Shown: piece by piece, positions 45,242 to 53,631 of the stretch
How positions within the stretch are numbered: the stretch's first letter is position 1
Layout of the letters: the number at the start of each line of letters is the position of its first letter
Assembly: GCF_053078305.1 (NCBI RefSeq)
Contig: NZ_CP166879.1
DNA: 64,000 nt
Direction: 5' to 3' (one strand)
The notes under the pieces: generated by a model
Databases searched by the model: none
The model's input: the letters and a program-made list of their open reading frames with translations, nothing else
Told to the model about the DNA's origin: nothing
Position numbers and translations under genes: made by a program

Positions 45242-45463
45242 ATGGCGGTATTTAATATTCCTGATATTTACGGACGCTTTTACCTGGTTAATTTCGATAA
45301 CGTGAAGGTGATTTCACTGGCCGAAAATAAAGAATGTGGCGATTTACTTTTTGAATTTAATGACCGCACACGAATGGTGATATCTGCCGGACTTGATCGC
45401 GAAGGTGCGACAGACGTTTACAGCGGAATATGCCGTTCTGTTGGTGCGAAACAAGTCAGCTAA
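45242..45463 (+). CDS. hypothetical small early protein
   Basis: ATG at 45242 with caggtg RBS just after the B stop; 74 aa, no recognisable motif. Confidence 0.4.
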   Translation: MAVFNIPDIYGRFYLVNFDNVKVISLAENKECGDLLFEFNDRTRMVISAGLDREGATDVYSGICRSVGAKQVS

Positions 45464-45730
45464 ATGAGGTGTTATATGAATATGCAATCCTGCGGTAACA
45501 AAATGAATTTATTCGACTCCCTGAACAGCGCGCGCCGTCTGACCGAACTTGCCGGTGCGGTACTGGAACGCAGTAAGCGCTATCCGCAACGTTTTGCACT
45601 GAAAACCACGCCGCCGGTAGGCAACGTGCAGGGAACCGGTGAAATTGAAATCACCATACAGACCAACGGCCTGCGCCGCCGTGTGAAGGCCACCCGCATC
45701 AGCGGCTGCACGGTTTACTGGGAGGTGTGA
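45464..45730 (+). CDS. hypothetical small early protein
   Basis: 88 aa ORF; alternative starts at 45476/45482 after gaggtg RBS. Confidence 0.4.
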   Translation: MRCYMNMQSCGNKMNLFDSLNSARRLTELAGAVLERSKRYPQRFALKTTPPVGNVQGTGEIEITIQTNGLRRRVKATRISGCTVYWEV

Positions 45731-45731
45731 G

Positions 45732-46013
45732 GTGAAAAAAAATCTCATTGCATGGGCGTGGTCGAGTGGTCTTATTGAGTTTGGTTACGTCCTGCCGGAA
45801 GGTGCATTGCCGATAGTTGCCGGAAAGCCTGTCACGGTACGGCATGTGATTGAGGTTATGGCGCGTCATGGACGTGATGAACAGGAGCAGTTACTGGTTC
45901 CGGGGATACCGGAAGCGGTGACGGAGGAAGAAGCCTTTAATGCCATGATTCGGTTCTGCCGTGAGGTCAGACGCCGGGTCAGTTATCCAAACAGAACGAG
46001 GACCAGAGGATGA
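45732..46013 (+). CDS. hypothetical small early protein
   Basis: 93 aa, GTG start 45732 six nt after ggagg RBS. Confidence 0.45.
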   Translation: MKKNLIAWAWSSGLIEFGYVLPEGALPIVAGKPVTVRHVIEVMARHGRDEQEQLLVPGIPEAVTEEEAFNAMIRFCREVRRRVSYPNRTRTRG

Positions 46014-46282
46014 GTAAAGTCGTACGCATTATTTTCGAATACAAGGAGCACGTTATCCATAAAAACGCTGATGGAACAGTGCGCATGGGGGTAAGTCTGG
46101 ACATACGTTCAACCGGGATAAAGCAGAAAGGTGATGGACCCGCCATGATTTTTGGAGTGGTTATGCTCGCGGAAAGCAGAGACTTTGCTGAACTTGTGGC
46201 AATGAAAGCCAGTGCGCTCATGAAAGATATGAGCATGCGTTCCGGGGTTATTAAAGGTAATGAATTTAATCAGCAGGGGTAA
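46010..46282 (+). CDS. hypothetical early protein, tandem paralog 1
   Basis: 90 aa, MSKVVRIIFEYKEHV...; N-terminus resembles the next ORF. Confidence 0.5.
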   Translation: MSKVVRIIFEYKEHVIHKNADGTVRMGVSLDIRSTGIKQKGDGPAMIFGVVMLAESRDFAELVAMKASALMKDMSMRSGVIKGNEFNQQG

Positions 46283-46286
46283 TTCC

Positions 46287-46580
46287 ATGAGCAAAGTACG
46301 CGTTATTTTTGAATTTAAGCATGTTTCGCATGACGAAAAACCGGCAGGTAATGACTGTGTTGAAGTGCATGAAAAGATTGGTGTGGATGTAAAAACAGAA
46401 CGTGATACGAATAACAGGCCGACGTCACTCTGTGACGTTTATGCAAGTATTCTCCAGTATCACAGTCCTGAAATTATTCAGTTTCTCTCAGCGGAATTTC
46501 AGGCATCTGTACAGGCTTTTGGGGCGGATGCCATCATTAAACGCCACCGCGTGCATAAAGCATCAGGCACACTGCAATAA
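46287..46580 (+). CDS. hypothetical early protein, tandem paralog 2
   Basis: ATG at 46287 after agcagggg RBS, MSKVRVIFEFKHVS...; paralogous to 46010..46282. Confidence 0.5.
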   Translation: MSKVRVIFEFKHVSHDEKPAGNDCVEVHEKIGVDVKTERDTNNRPTSLCDVYASILQYHSPEIIQFLSAEFQASVQAFGADAIIKRHRVHKASGTLQ

Positions 46581-46591
46581 GGAAAAACAAA

Positions 46592-47122
46592 ATGGCTAAA
46601 CGTGTTACAAAATTAAAGGCCGCAGCCGAGGCTGCACCGCAGACCCGCGAAGAAGTCAGCCGCGATATCCGTACCCTGGGCGATATTCAGCGAGAGGCGC
46701 TACGGCTGGAAACGGCGATGAATGATGAAGTGGCAGAAATCACCGCCCGTTATACGCCGCAGATTGAAAACCTTAAAAAAGAAATCAAAGTGCTTTTTAA
46801 GGGGATTCAGGACTGGTGCAAAACCAACCGCGATGAGCTGACGAACGGCGGCAAAACCAAAACAGTCAATCTGACCACCGGCACGGTGTCATGGCGGCTG
46901 GGAACGCCATCATGCAGCGTCAGCCGTGATGTGGAAGGTGTGATTGAAATGCTGCGCCGTATGGGGCTTGAGCGATTCATCCGCACGAAAGAGGAAGTGA
47001 ACAAGGAAGCGGTCCTGGCGGAGCCGGATGCGGTGAAAGGGATTGCCGGTATTAAGGTAAATAAAGGCGCTGAAAGTTTTTATGTCGAGCCTTTTGAACA
47101 GGACGCCGGACTGAATAAATAA
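46592..47122 (+). CDS. gam: Gam-like host nuclease inhibitor (Ku-like)
   Basis: 176 aa, ...LGDIQREALRLETAMNDEVAEI...NRDELTNGGKTKTVNLTTGTVSWR...ERFIRTKEEVNKEAVL, clear similarity to Mu Gam. Confidence 0.85.
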   Translation: MAKRVTKLKAAAEAAPQTREEVSRDIRTLGDIQREALRLETAMNDEVAEITARYTPQIENLKKEIKVLFKGIQDWCKTNRDELTNGGKTKTVNLTTGTVSWRLGTPSCSVSRDVEGVIEMLRRMGLERFIRTKEEVNKEAVLAEPDAVKGIAGIKVNKGAESFYVEPFEQDAGLNK

Positions 47123-47219
47123 CACCACATTAAATCTTTAAATATCACATCGTTTTAATTATGGCGCTCGCGTCAGGGGACTGCCTGCGCCTGTAAACTG
47201 AAAATAAGGAACAGGAAAT

Positions 47220-47762
47220 ATGGCATATTTTTATTTCAAATTAGACCGTGTGCAGACAAATAAATATTTCACCAAATATCAACAGACTGTTTTACCGCTA
47301 CGCAACAGTATTCTTCGGGCATTACTGAAAAATACAGGCGCTGCCGGATTGCGCTTAAAGCCGTTCGCCATGGACAGAATCAGTGAGTTTTATTTTTCCG
47401 GTGCTCTGCCTGCGGGCTGGCGTAAGCGCGATGATGTGGCTTTTATCGGGGACGGACCGTGCTTTATTGCCAGACCTGATGAGTTATGCCCTGAAGGACC
47501 GGCGATTGCCGCAATGGTTGAAGCCGCTGAACGCGATTTAAGAAAGCGTCCTGATTTCCTTGTCTGGCTCTGTGAAAAGCTGGGGGTAATGAGAATCCCC
47601 TCCATGTTTAACATGGACTCCTGGTGGACCCCGTCACTCTCCCGTGATGCCCTGTGCGTGGTGTTTAAAGTAGGCGCTTATGGCAGGGAAATAAACGGGT
47701 GTATTCCTGAAGAATGCCAGGAAATTAAACATTCTGAATATGTGGCGCTGACGGAGGAATAA
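47220..47762 (+). CDS. hypothetical early protein
   Basis: 180 aa, first of four tightly packed genes; no recognisable motif. Confidence 0.45.
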   Translation: MAYFYFKLDRVQTNKYFTKYQQTVLPLRNSILRALLKNTGAAGLRLKPFAMDRISEFYFSGALPAGWRKRDDVAFIGDGPCFIARPDELCPEGPAIAAMVEAAERDLRKRPDFLVWLCEKLGVMRIPSMFNMDSWWTPSLSRDALCVVFKVGAYGREINGCIPEECQEIKHSEYVALTEE

Positions 47763-47765
47763 TTC

Positions 47766-48299
47766 ATGATTGATGCAAAAGTGCTTGAAGGGGTTAAAAA
47801 CTGGCTGAGTATTTACGGGCGTCTGACCTGCGGAGTTCTGGCTGAAAAAATGAATATGCCGCCATCCTCGATGGTTTATTTTCTGCGTGATGCGGTTGAT
47901 GCCGGGGTGCTGACGGAATGTAACGGTTTTTATGATATTCCGCGTCCCCGCCCGGTGCAGCCGGTTCGTCGCAAATGCAGCCAGGAGTCTGCGGCTGATG
48001 ATGTTCAGTGGTGCAGCTTCAGAAAATCCCTGCCGTGGATTGAGGGGCATGATATTCCGTCGATGGCGTGGGAATTTGCTCAGGGCATACTGACCTGTGA
48101 AACCGTTTATGTGGTGGCTGAAGTTGATGAGCAGGCCATGAAAGAAGGTGTACCCCAGTTTGTGATGGCGTATATCGACATACGCCTGGGTGTCATTATC
48201 TGCGGTTTAAGCGGCTGGAATATCACCGGACATGTTCTGCGTTACCTGATTGTTGACCGGACAGCGGCACCGGCCGCGATTTCTGCGGAGGTGGCGTAA
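47766..48299 (+). CDS. hypothetical early protein (possible N-terminal winged helix)
   Basis: 177 aa; start 4 nt after the previous stop. Confidence 0.45.
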   Translation: MIDAKVLEGVKNWLSIYGRLTCGVLAEKMNMPPSSMVYFLRDAVDAGVLTECNGFYDIPRPRPVQPVRRKCSQESAADDVQWCSFRKSLPWIEGHDIPSMAWEFAQGILTCETVYVVAEVDEQAMKEGVPQFVMAYIDIRLGVIICGLSGWNITGHVLRYLIVDRTAAPAAISAEVA

Positions 48300-48814
48300 T
48301 GTTCTTTAAAACATCGAACCCTGCCGCGCTGGCCGCGTGGCAAAAATATCAGCAGGACTGCCAGACGGTAAAAGATGAGGCGAAACGCCTTGAGGCCGTG
48401 CTGAATGTTGCGTGCCGGTCGGTATTTGAATTCAGTATCAGTGGTTTTTGTTTTAAGGGACTGCGTTTTACGGAGGACAAATATCCTTTTCATCGTGATT
48501 TATGGCGAAAACCAACTGCGTCGAATGGCTGGAGCTGCACACCGCGCACATCACGTATTCCCAAAGCCCTGCGCGTTGCCTCTGACGAACTTAACAGTCT
48601 GTGGCGTGAATATTCGCCCGTCACGTATGCCAGAACCGATGCACTGTTGTTCTGGCTGGGCATTGATTTCTCGGCAATCCTGTTTGGCCCTGTGGAGTGG
48701 TTCTGCGTTGACGATGTGATTTACCTTCAGTGCGGCGTAAAACCCGCAAAACAGAAAATGACCGAAATTCTGTCTGATGAGTTTTATGCTGCTGAAAAGC
48801 GAGTCAGGGGGTGA
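48299..48814 (+). CDS. hypothetical early protein
   Basis: 171 aa; ATG overlaps previous stop (TAATG). Confidence 0.45.
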   Translation: MFFKTSNPAALAAWQKYQQDCQTVKDEAKRLEAVLNVACRSVFEFSISGFCFKGLRFTEDKYPFHRDLWRKPTASNGWSCTPRTSRIPKALRVASDELNSLWREYSPVTYARTDALLFWLGIDFSAILFGPVEWFCVDDVIYLQCGVKPAKQKMTEILSDEFYAAEKRVRG

Positions 48815-48817
48815 TGC

Positions 48818-49369
48818 ATGATGATATTACAACCCATGGGGAGAAAAGGCAGTGCACCCGCTCATGTTCGCGCATGGACACCTGAAGAAGATGCGCTGCT
48901 GATTGCGCTTTATCCATCCACCCCGGTTAAGGATATTGCTGTCAGGGTAAAAAGAAGTTTCTGGGGTGTACATCACCGGATTGTTTTATTACGCGGCACT
49001 TACCCGGAGTTGCTCAAATGCAAACGTCCAAGATTTAAACATGATGAAGATAAATTTATCCGAAAAAATGCCAGAACGATGACCGGTAAGCAAATAGGAG
49101 AATATCTGGGGCGAGACCGGGATTCTGTCCACAATCGGGCGCGATATATTGGCGTAAGCATGAAAAAATACGGAGAATTGCTGCCCTTCACCCGTATATC
49201 TGATGATGATGTTCGTCTTATTCGTGAATTACGGGATGCTGAATCACCACGACGTCTTACCTTCCGGGAAATAGGCGAGAAATTTGAATTATCCGAGAGT
49301 ACGGTAAATTTTATTTATCACCATCGCCGGACTGCCGAAGATGTTGTATTACGGGAGTTAATGCCATGA
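48818..49369 (+). CDS. putative DNA-binding protein with repeated HTH-like segments
   Basis: 183 aa; WTPEEDALLIAL (Myb/SANT-like), KQIGEYLGRDRDSVHNRARYIG and LTFREIGEKFELSESTVNFIYHHRR HTH-like segments. Confidence 0.45.
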   Translation: MMILQPMGRKGSAPAHVRAWTPEEDALLIALYPSTPVKDIAVRVKRSFWGVHHRIVLLRGTYPELLKCKRPRFKHDEDKFIRKNARTMTGKQIGEYLGRDRDSVHNRARYIGVSMKKYGELLPFTRISDDDVRLIRELRDAESPRRLTFREIGEKFELSESTVNFIYHHRRTAEDVVLRELMP

Positions 49370-49677
49370 TAACGACATTATTTGTTGAATCAGACGAGCC
49401 TCTGGTATGTGCCGCCGGAATGTCGGTTTGTGGCGGAACGCTGACCGGTGTTTATTTCGGGGATTTGCGCGGTTATCCCTGGCATTCACTGGATGACGCA
49501 TTTCCGCCTGATATGGAGGCAGTCGTGCTGATTGTTCAGTATGGTGACCAACAGGAACTGCGCATCGGCCATATGGGGTATGAAGGCTTTTTTATTGATG
49601 AAGAAACCGGAGCCTGCCTTGAAGATGAGGACGGACAGGTGACGCACTGGTGCCATATTTCAGCTTTACCGGAATGA
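49366..49677 (+). CDS. hypothetical early protein
   Basis: 103 aa, acidic, cysteine pairs; ATGA overlap with previous gene. Confidence 0.4.
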   Translation: MITTLFVESDEPLVCAAGMSVCGGTLTGVYFGDLRGYPWHSLDDAFPPDMEAVVLIVQYGDQQELRIGHMGYEGFFIDEETGACLEDEDGQVTHWCHISALPE

Positions 49678-50042
49678 CGGGAGGTGAATGCGTGAGAAGT
49701 TATATTGATAATGAAAAACTGAAGACAATCAGCGACTGTCTTAGCTTGCTGGCAAAAATAAAAGAAACCATTGAAGAGATTAAATTTCAGCTTGAATACG
49801 CACCCTGTGGTGATGATACATGGCGTAACTCTGCCAGAAAAGCACTGGCTGTCTTTCAGAAACAACGCCGGACTGTTGAATACCGCCTTGCTGTATTACG
49901 CCAGGAGGAAAAGGAAAGAAATATAAGATGTCACGAGCGCGTTAATAACTTCCTTGTTCGTGAATTAAAAGAACGTGTGCCGGAGTCGGTATTTTTTGAG
50001 TGTGAGGCTGTTGCCCGTAGCAAAGCACTGGAAACTGATTAA
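49674..50042 (+). CDS. hypothetical early protein
   Basis: ATG at 49674 overlaps upstream stop (ATGA); the ORF-track start at 49650 is a GTG extension; coiled-coil-like composition. Confidence 0.4.
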   Translation: MTGGECVRSYIDNEKLKTISDCLSLLAKIKETIEEIKFQLEYAPCGDDTWRNSARKALAVFQKQRRTVEYRLAVLRQEEKERNIRCHERVNNFLVRELKERVPESVFFECEAVARSKALETD

Positions 50043-50054
50043 ACAGGCAGGTGA

Positions 50055-50390
50055 ATGATGAGTATTGAATTAAGATCGTCTTATGAATATCGTAAAATTC
50101 TCATCGCCGGAGGCATGAAACCGGAAGATGCAGAAAAAATTGTTTCTTTTATGGATAAAGAATGTGACAAACGGGATATGCCAGAAATTATTATGGATGA
50201 CATGATTCTGCATTCAGCCGTAGCGTTAAGCCCGTTATGGATTGTGCATTCTCTTGCTGAAATTGCCAAAGGCACCGATAAACAGGCAGCTGTTGCTGCC
50301 CTTCAGACGCTTAATGAAATGCGTATATCTCCACGCCCGACATTAATACATATGATTCTCTCCAGTATGGAGGATAAAGCAAATGAATAG
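50055..50390 (+). CDS. hypothetical early protein
   Basis: 111 aa ORF after aggcaggtga RBS. Confidence 0.4.
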   Translation: MMSIELRSSYEYRKILIAGGMKPEDAEKIVSFMDKECDKRDMPEIIMDDMILHSAVALSPLWIVHSLAEIAKGTDKQAAVAALQTLNEMRISPRPTLIHMILSSMEDKANE

Positions 50391-50580
50391 TCTACCCGCT
50401 GGATGGGCGCGGCCACTAATGGCCAGGAAGCATCATTTTTTTAAAACAGGCGAAAATATCAGTATATGTGGACGGTGGTTATATCTGGCTCATAATCGCG
50501 AGCCGGATACATTTGAAAGCCCTGATGACTGTGCCGAATGCCGCAGAAGAGTGAATAAGGAGAAAGATAATGGACAATAG
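50383..50580 (+). CDS. hypothetical small protein with possible zinc-ribbon cysteines
   Basis: 65 aa, ICGRW...DDCAECRRR cysteine pairs; overlaps neighbours. Confidence 0.35.
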   Translation: MNSLPAGWARPLMARKHHFFKTGENISICGRWLYLAHNREPDTFESPDDCAECRRRVNKEKDNGQ

Positions 50581-50866
50581 TTCTCTGTTGTTCTGGTGCT
50601 TATATATCACATCCTTTTTCGGCGCATTTGTTATTACCCGGTGGTTATGTCGAAAAATCATCTGCTTTTTTGATAAAAGACATCCGGTTGAACGGGCGGC
50701 TGATGCGCTCATTCAGCAGGCCATTGTGTTATATAGCGGTGAATTTTTCTGCCGGATAACAACCAGAGATGGCTGGCACATAATGATTATTCCGCCAACA
50801 CACCATGCCCGGTGGGATGAGGCAGAAAAGGCTTTCCATGTCCGTAAAAAGGTAAATACGGTATGA
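50570..50866 (+). CDS. hypothetical small membrane protein
   Basis: 98 aa, N-terminal hydrophobic helix LLFWCLYITSFFGAFVITRWL. Confidence 0.4.
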   Translation: MDNSSLLFWCLYITSFFGAFVITRWLCRKIICFFDKRHPVERAADALIQQAIVLYSGEFFCRITTRDGWHIMIIPPTHHARWDEAEKAFHVRKKVNTV

Positions 50867-51372
50867 GAGGAAAACTGATATCCGCCATTCATGTGGCAAA
50901 GCGCGAGCTTGCCCTGGATGATGAGACCTACACATTCGTACTACTGGCAGCCACCGGCAAAACCAGTTGCCGGGATATGTCACCCGGTGAGTTATCCCGC
51001 GTGCTGGATGTTTTCAAAAAACGCGGTTTTAAAGTGCGTCAGAAACCGGTTAACCGGGCCTTAAAACCGGGTACGGTGACCGCCAGAATTCGCGCCATCT
51101 GGAAAGTGATGCACCGGCAGGGCTTTATCTCTGATGGTGCGGAAACCGCTCTTAACCGCTGGGTGAAATCGCAGACGGCCGCGCAGAACGGCGGCGAAGG
51201 TGTGGCAAACTGGCAGTGGCTGGAGCAACACCCCGCCCTGGCCTCAGATGTGCTGGAGCGTCTCAAGCGATGGCACCGCCGCAAAATGCTGGCCGCGATG
51301 GGAATGCCCGAACGCACGCTGATGGGGTATGACGCCGTTTGCAGGCAGTATGAAAAATCACTTCCCCGTTAA
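50863..51372 (+). CDS. gemA: GemA-like early regulatory protein
   Basis: 169 aa, LISAIHVAKRELALDDETY... N-terminus typical of Mu gp16/GemA family; last gene before an intrinsic terminator. Confidence 0.65.
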   Translation: MRGKLISAIHVAKRELALDDETYTFVLLAATGKTSCRDMSPGELSRVLDVFKKRGFKVRQKPVNRALKPGTVTARIRAIWKVMHRQGFISDGAETALNRWVKSQTAAQNGGEGVANWQWLEQHPALASDVLERLKRWHRRKMLAAMGMPERTLMGYDAVCRQYEKSLPR

Positions 51373-51378
51373 CCCCAA

Positions 51379-51407
51379 ATCCCGCCACAACGCGGGATTT
51401 TTATTTT
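51379..51407 (+). terminator. Rho-independent terminator at the end of the early operon
   Basis: atcccgc-cacaac-gcgggat hairpin followed by ttttatttt. Confidence 0.7.
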
Positions 51408-51441
51408 AAACTTACCGGGAACGCGAGAACCGGAGGCTGAT

Positions 51442-51867
51442 ATGGCAGAAACTCAGATGAGCATGTTTGGTGGTGACAGTGAGCAACTGCACGCCCTTAT
51501 CGACCGCCTTGATGACATCCCTGATGATGTTCTCAAAAAGAACTGGCCGCGGACCCTGTCAGAACTGGTTGAAGTCACCGGCGCAGAACTTCAGCGTCAG
51601 GGGATTGAGCCGGTACTGGCCGGTAAACTGGCACGCAAGGTGGCTGCGGCTCAGGCAGCCTATATGGGCGGACGGGGTTATTACCTGCCGGTCGGGGAAT
51701 CTCTCTTTGCCGAGCTGCGAAACAATGAGATATTTTCGCGCTGGGACCGGGGCGAGAAGATTGAATCCCTTCGCCGCCATTACCGGATGTCAGAAACCCA
51801 GATTTATACCGTCATACGTGAACAGCGCCGTCTGCATCTGGCAAGAACGCAACCGCCACTTTTCTGA
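51442..51867 (+). CDS. mor: Mor/C-family transcriptional activator
   Basis: 141 aa, follows terminator and ggagg RBS; C-terminal HTH ...YRMSETQIYTVIREQRR; resembles Mu Mor. Confidence 0.7.
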   Translation: MAETQMSMFGGDSEQLHALIDRLDDIPDDVLKKNWPRTLSELVEVTGAELQRQGIEPVLAGKLARKVAAAQAAYMGGRGYYLPVGESLFAELRNNEIFSRWDRGEKIESLRRHYRMSETQIYTVIREQRRLHLARTQPPLF

Positions 51868-51938
51868 TATTCCGCAAAGCCTGCCGCCTCTCCTTCACCG
51901 TTACGCTGACTCAGAGAACATCATGAGACAGCGTAACA

Positions 51939-52439
51939 ATGCCAAAACTCCCCGCACCACTGCGTAAAAAGCTGATTGCCCTTGTTCTGGCCGGTGCCGG
52001 GACGTTCACGATTGCCACGCATTACACCGGTTACTGGGAAGGGAAAGAAAACTCCACGTATATCGATCCCACCGGTACACCCACCATCTGTTACGGCCAT
52101 ACCGGCCCGGATGTGAAACCGGGTATGACCCTGACAGATGAAGAATGCCTGGAACTACTGGAAAAGGACATGAAATGGGCCTTTGCGGCCATTGATCGGC
52201 GTGTTCAGGTGCCGCTTACCCGTGGTCAGACGGTGGCGCTGGCTTCGTGGATCTTCTGGGCCGGTGAAACGAACTTTCGCAACTCCACGCTTCTGCGCCT
52301 GATCAATGCCGGGCAGATGCCCGCGTCCTGTAAGCAGTATATCCGCTGGATTTATTCAAAGGGGGTGAAACTTCCCGGCCTTGAGGCCCGCCGTTCGGCG
52401 GATGAATGGTTATGTCGCTACGACTTGCCGAAAGTCTGA
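51939..52439 (+). CDS. SAR endolysin (lysozyme, P21 R-like)
   Basis: 166 aa; N-terminal signal-anchor LIALVLAGAGTFTIA, E...D...T catalytic spacing (EGKENSTYIDPTGTPTICYGHTG) and GETNFRNSTLLRLIN motif. Confidence 0.8.
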   Translation: MPKLPAPLRKKLIALVLAGAGTFTIATHYTGYWEGKENSTYIDPTGTPTICYGHTGPDVKPGMTLTDEECLELLEKDMKWAFAAIDRRVQVPLTRGQTVALASWIFWAGETNFRNSTLLRLINAGQMPASCKQYIRWIYSKGVKLPGLEARRSADEWLCRYDLPKV

Positions 52440-52512
52440 ACCGCTTCTGGCGACCGCTCATGATAGCGCTGCTGTGTGCGGTACTGCTGTTACGGGGTGT
52501 CCTGTGGCTGCG

Positions 52513-52902
52513 GTGAATAACGCCTTACCGGCCCTGATTGCCGGGGCGTGCATGGCGGCGCTGGGGACTATCGCTGTACTGGTTGCCGCGATATGGGGAA
52601 TGCACCAGAAGACGCAGCGCCTTGAAGACAATAATCAGGTGCTTGTGCGTGAGCGGGATGAGGCGCGTCAGGTGCTGGCAAATCAGCAGCACACCCTGCA
52701 ACTCATTTCACAAATCAGTGAGGCGGCCACGAATGAAAAGCAACAGAACATTCAGCACAGCGAGGAGCAGCAGAGCGTTGTCCGCCGGTCGCTGGCAGCA
52801 GTGCCTGCGGCCTCTGTCCCTGTTCCTGATGATGTGGCTGACCGGGTGCGCCGGGCCGTCTGTGAAATACGTGCCTGTGAAGCCGGTGCCGATCCCCGCT
52901 GA
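52513..52902 (+). CDS. putative i-spanin (Rz-like)
   Basis: N-terminal TM helix ALPALIAGACMAALGTIAVLVAAIWG then coiled-coil periplasmic region; start uncertain (GTG 52513 or ATG 52552); ORF-track start 52381 overlaps lysozyme and is unlikely. Confidence 0.5.
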   Translation: MNNALPALIAGACMAALGTIAVLVAAIWGMHQKTQRLEDNNQVLVRERDEARQVLANQQHTLQLISQISEAATNEKQQNIQHSEEQQSVVRRSLAAVPAASVPVPDDVADRVRRAVCEIRACEAGADPR

Positions 52903-53104
52903 ATGGCTGGCTGACTGCCTGGTCCCTCCTGCGCCGGAGCCGTTCACGTTTGGGGCATCGGTCACTTACAACCTGCAACTGCTGGCGGTGATCAAGAACT
53001 GCAACGTGGATAAGGCCAGTATTCGTCGTCTGGAGGCGCGGCGACAACATGAATTTACTGATATGGCCGGAACGCCTGCTGTTCCGGCAGGAAAGACGAA
53101 GTAA
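52733..53104 (+). CDS. putative o-spanin (Rz1-like lipoprotein), overlapping i-spanin in another frame
   Basis: Lipobox LTGC followed by proline-rich segment (VKYVPVKPVPIPAEWLADCLVPPAPEP); start codon uncertain. Confidence 0.5.
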   Translation: MKSNRTFSTARSSRALSAGRWQQCLRPLSLFLMMWLTGCAGPSVKYVPVKPVPIPAEWLADCLVPPAPEPFTFGASVTYNLQLLAVIKNCNVDKASIRRLEARRQHEFTDMAGTPAVPAGKTK

Positions 53105-53114
53105 GGAAAAAGGT

Positions 53115-53342
53115 ATGGATGATTCAGATCGTGCTCAGGCTGTGATGGAGCGGGGATCAGAACGCGCCCTTTGTAACCGGCTGACACGTAAGCGCCGGGC
53201 AGTGGATGCTCCGGGCAGACGTGTCTGCGCGGACTGTGGCGGAGAGATCCCCGCCGCACGTCTTGTTGCTGTGCCGGATGCCATCCGTTGTGTGAACTGC
53301 CAGAACATCATGGAGGCCCGTCATGTGGGTCAGCATCGTTAA
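53115..53342 (+). CDS. TraR/DksA-family C4 zinc-finger protein
   Basis: ATG 53115 after aggaaaaagg RBS; MDDSDRAQAVMERGSERAL...CADCGGEIPAARL...IRCVNCQ four-cysteine finger. Confidence 0.7.
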   Translation: MDDSDRAQAVMERGSERALCNRLTRKRRAVDAPGRRVCADCGGEIPAARLVAVPDAIRCVNCQNIMEARHVGQHR

Positions 53343-53631
53343 AGATTATGTTGTGCCGATCCTTTCGGCGACGGCAACCGCTGGCGGGATATTCATGGCG
53401 CTGATGCGCAAAACGTTTGTCCCCCGCGAGGCCTTTGAAAAACTCTCCGACCGCGTTGAGAAGGTGGAAACCCGTCTGTCGTCACTGCCGACAGAAGCCG
53501 AGGTCAACCGTCTGAATGTGGAAATCGTGACCCTGCGGGGTGAACTGAAAACCACGAACGCCACGCTCCGCTCTGTCTCCTATCAGAACGAACTGCTGCT
53601 GGAGCAGGCTGTAAGGAAAAAAACGCAATGA
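53323..53631 (+). CDS. hypothetical membrane-anchored coiled-coil protein
   Basis: 102 aa, N-terminal hydrophobic helix then heptad-like region. Confidence 0.45.
   Translation: MWVSIVKDYVVPILSATATAGGIFMALMRKTFVPREAFEKLSDRVEKVETRLSSLPTEAEVNRLNVEIVTLRGELKTTNATLRSVSYQNELLLEQAVRKKTQ

Noticed and set aside
52381..52902. ORF-track start of the spanin candidate at 52381
   Set aside because: That start lies inside the endolysin gene in another frame; a start at 52513 or 52552, just before the TM helix, is more plausible.
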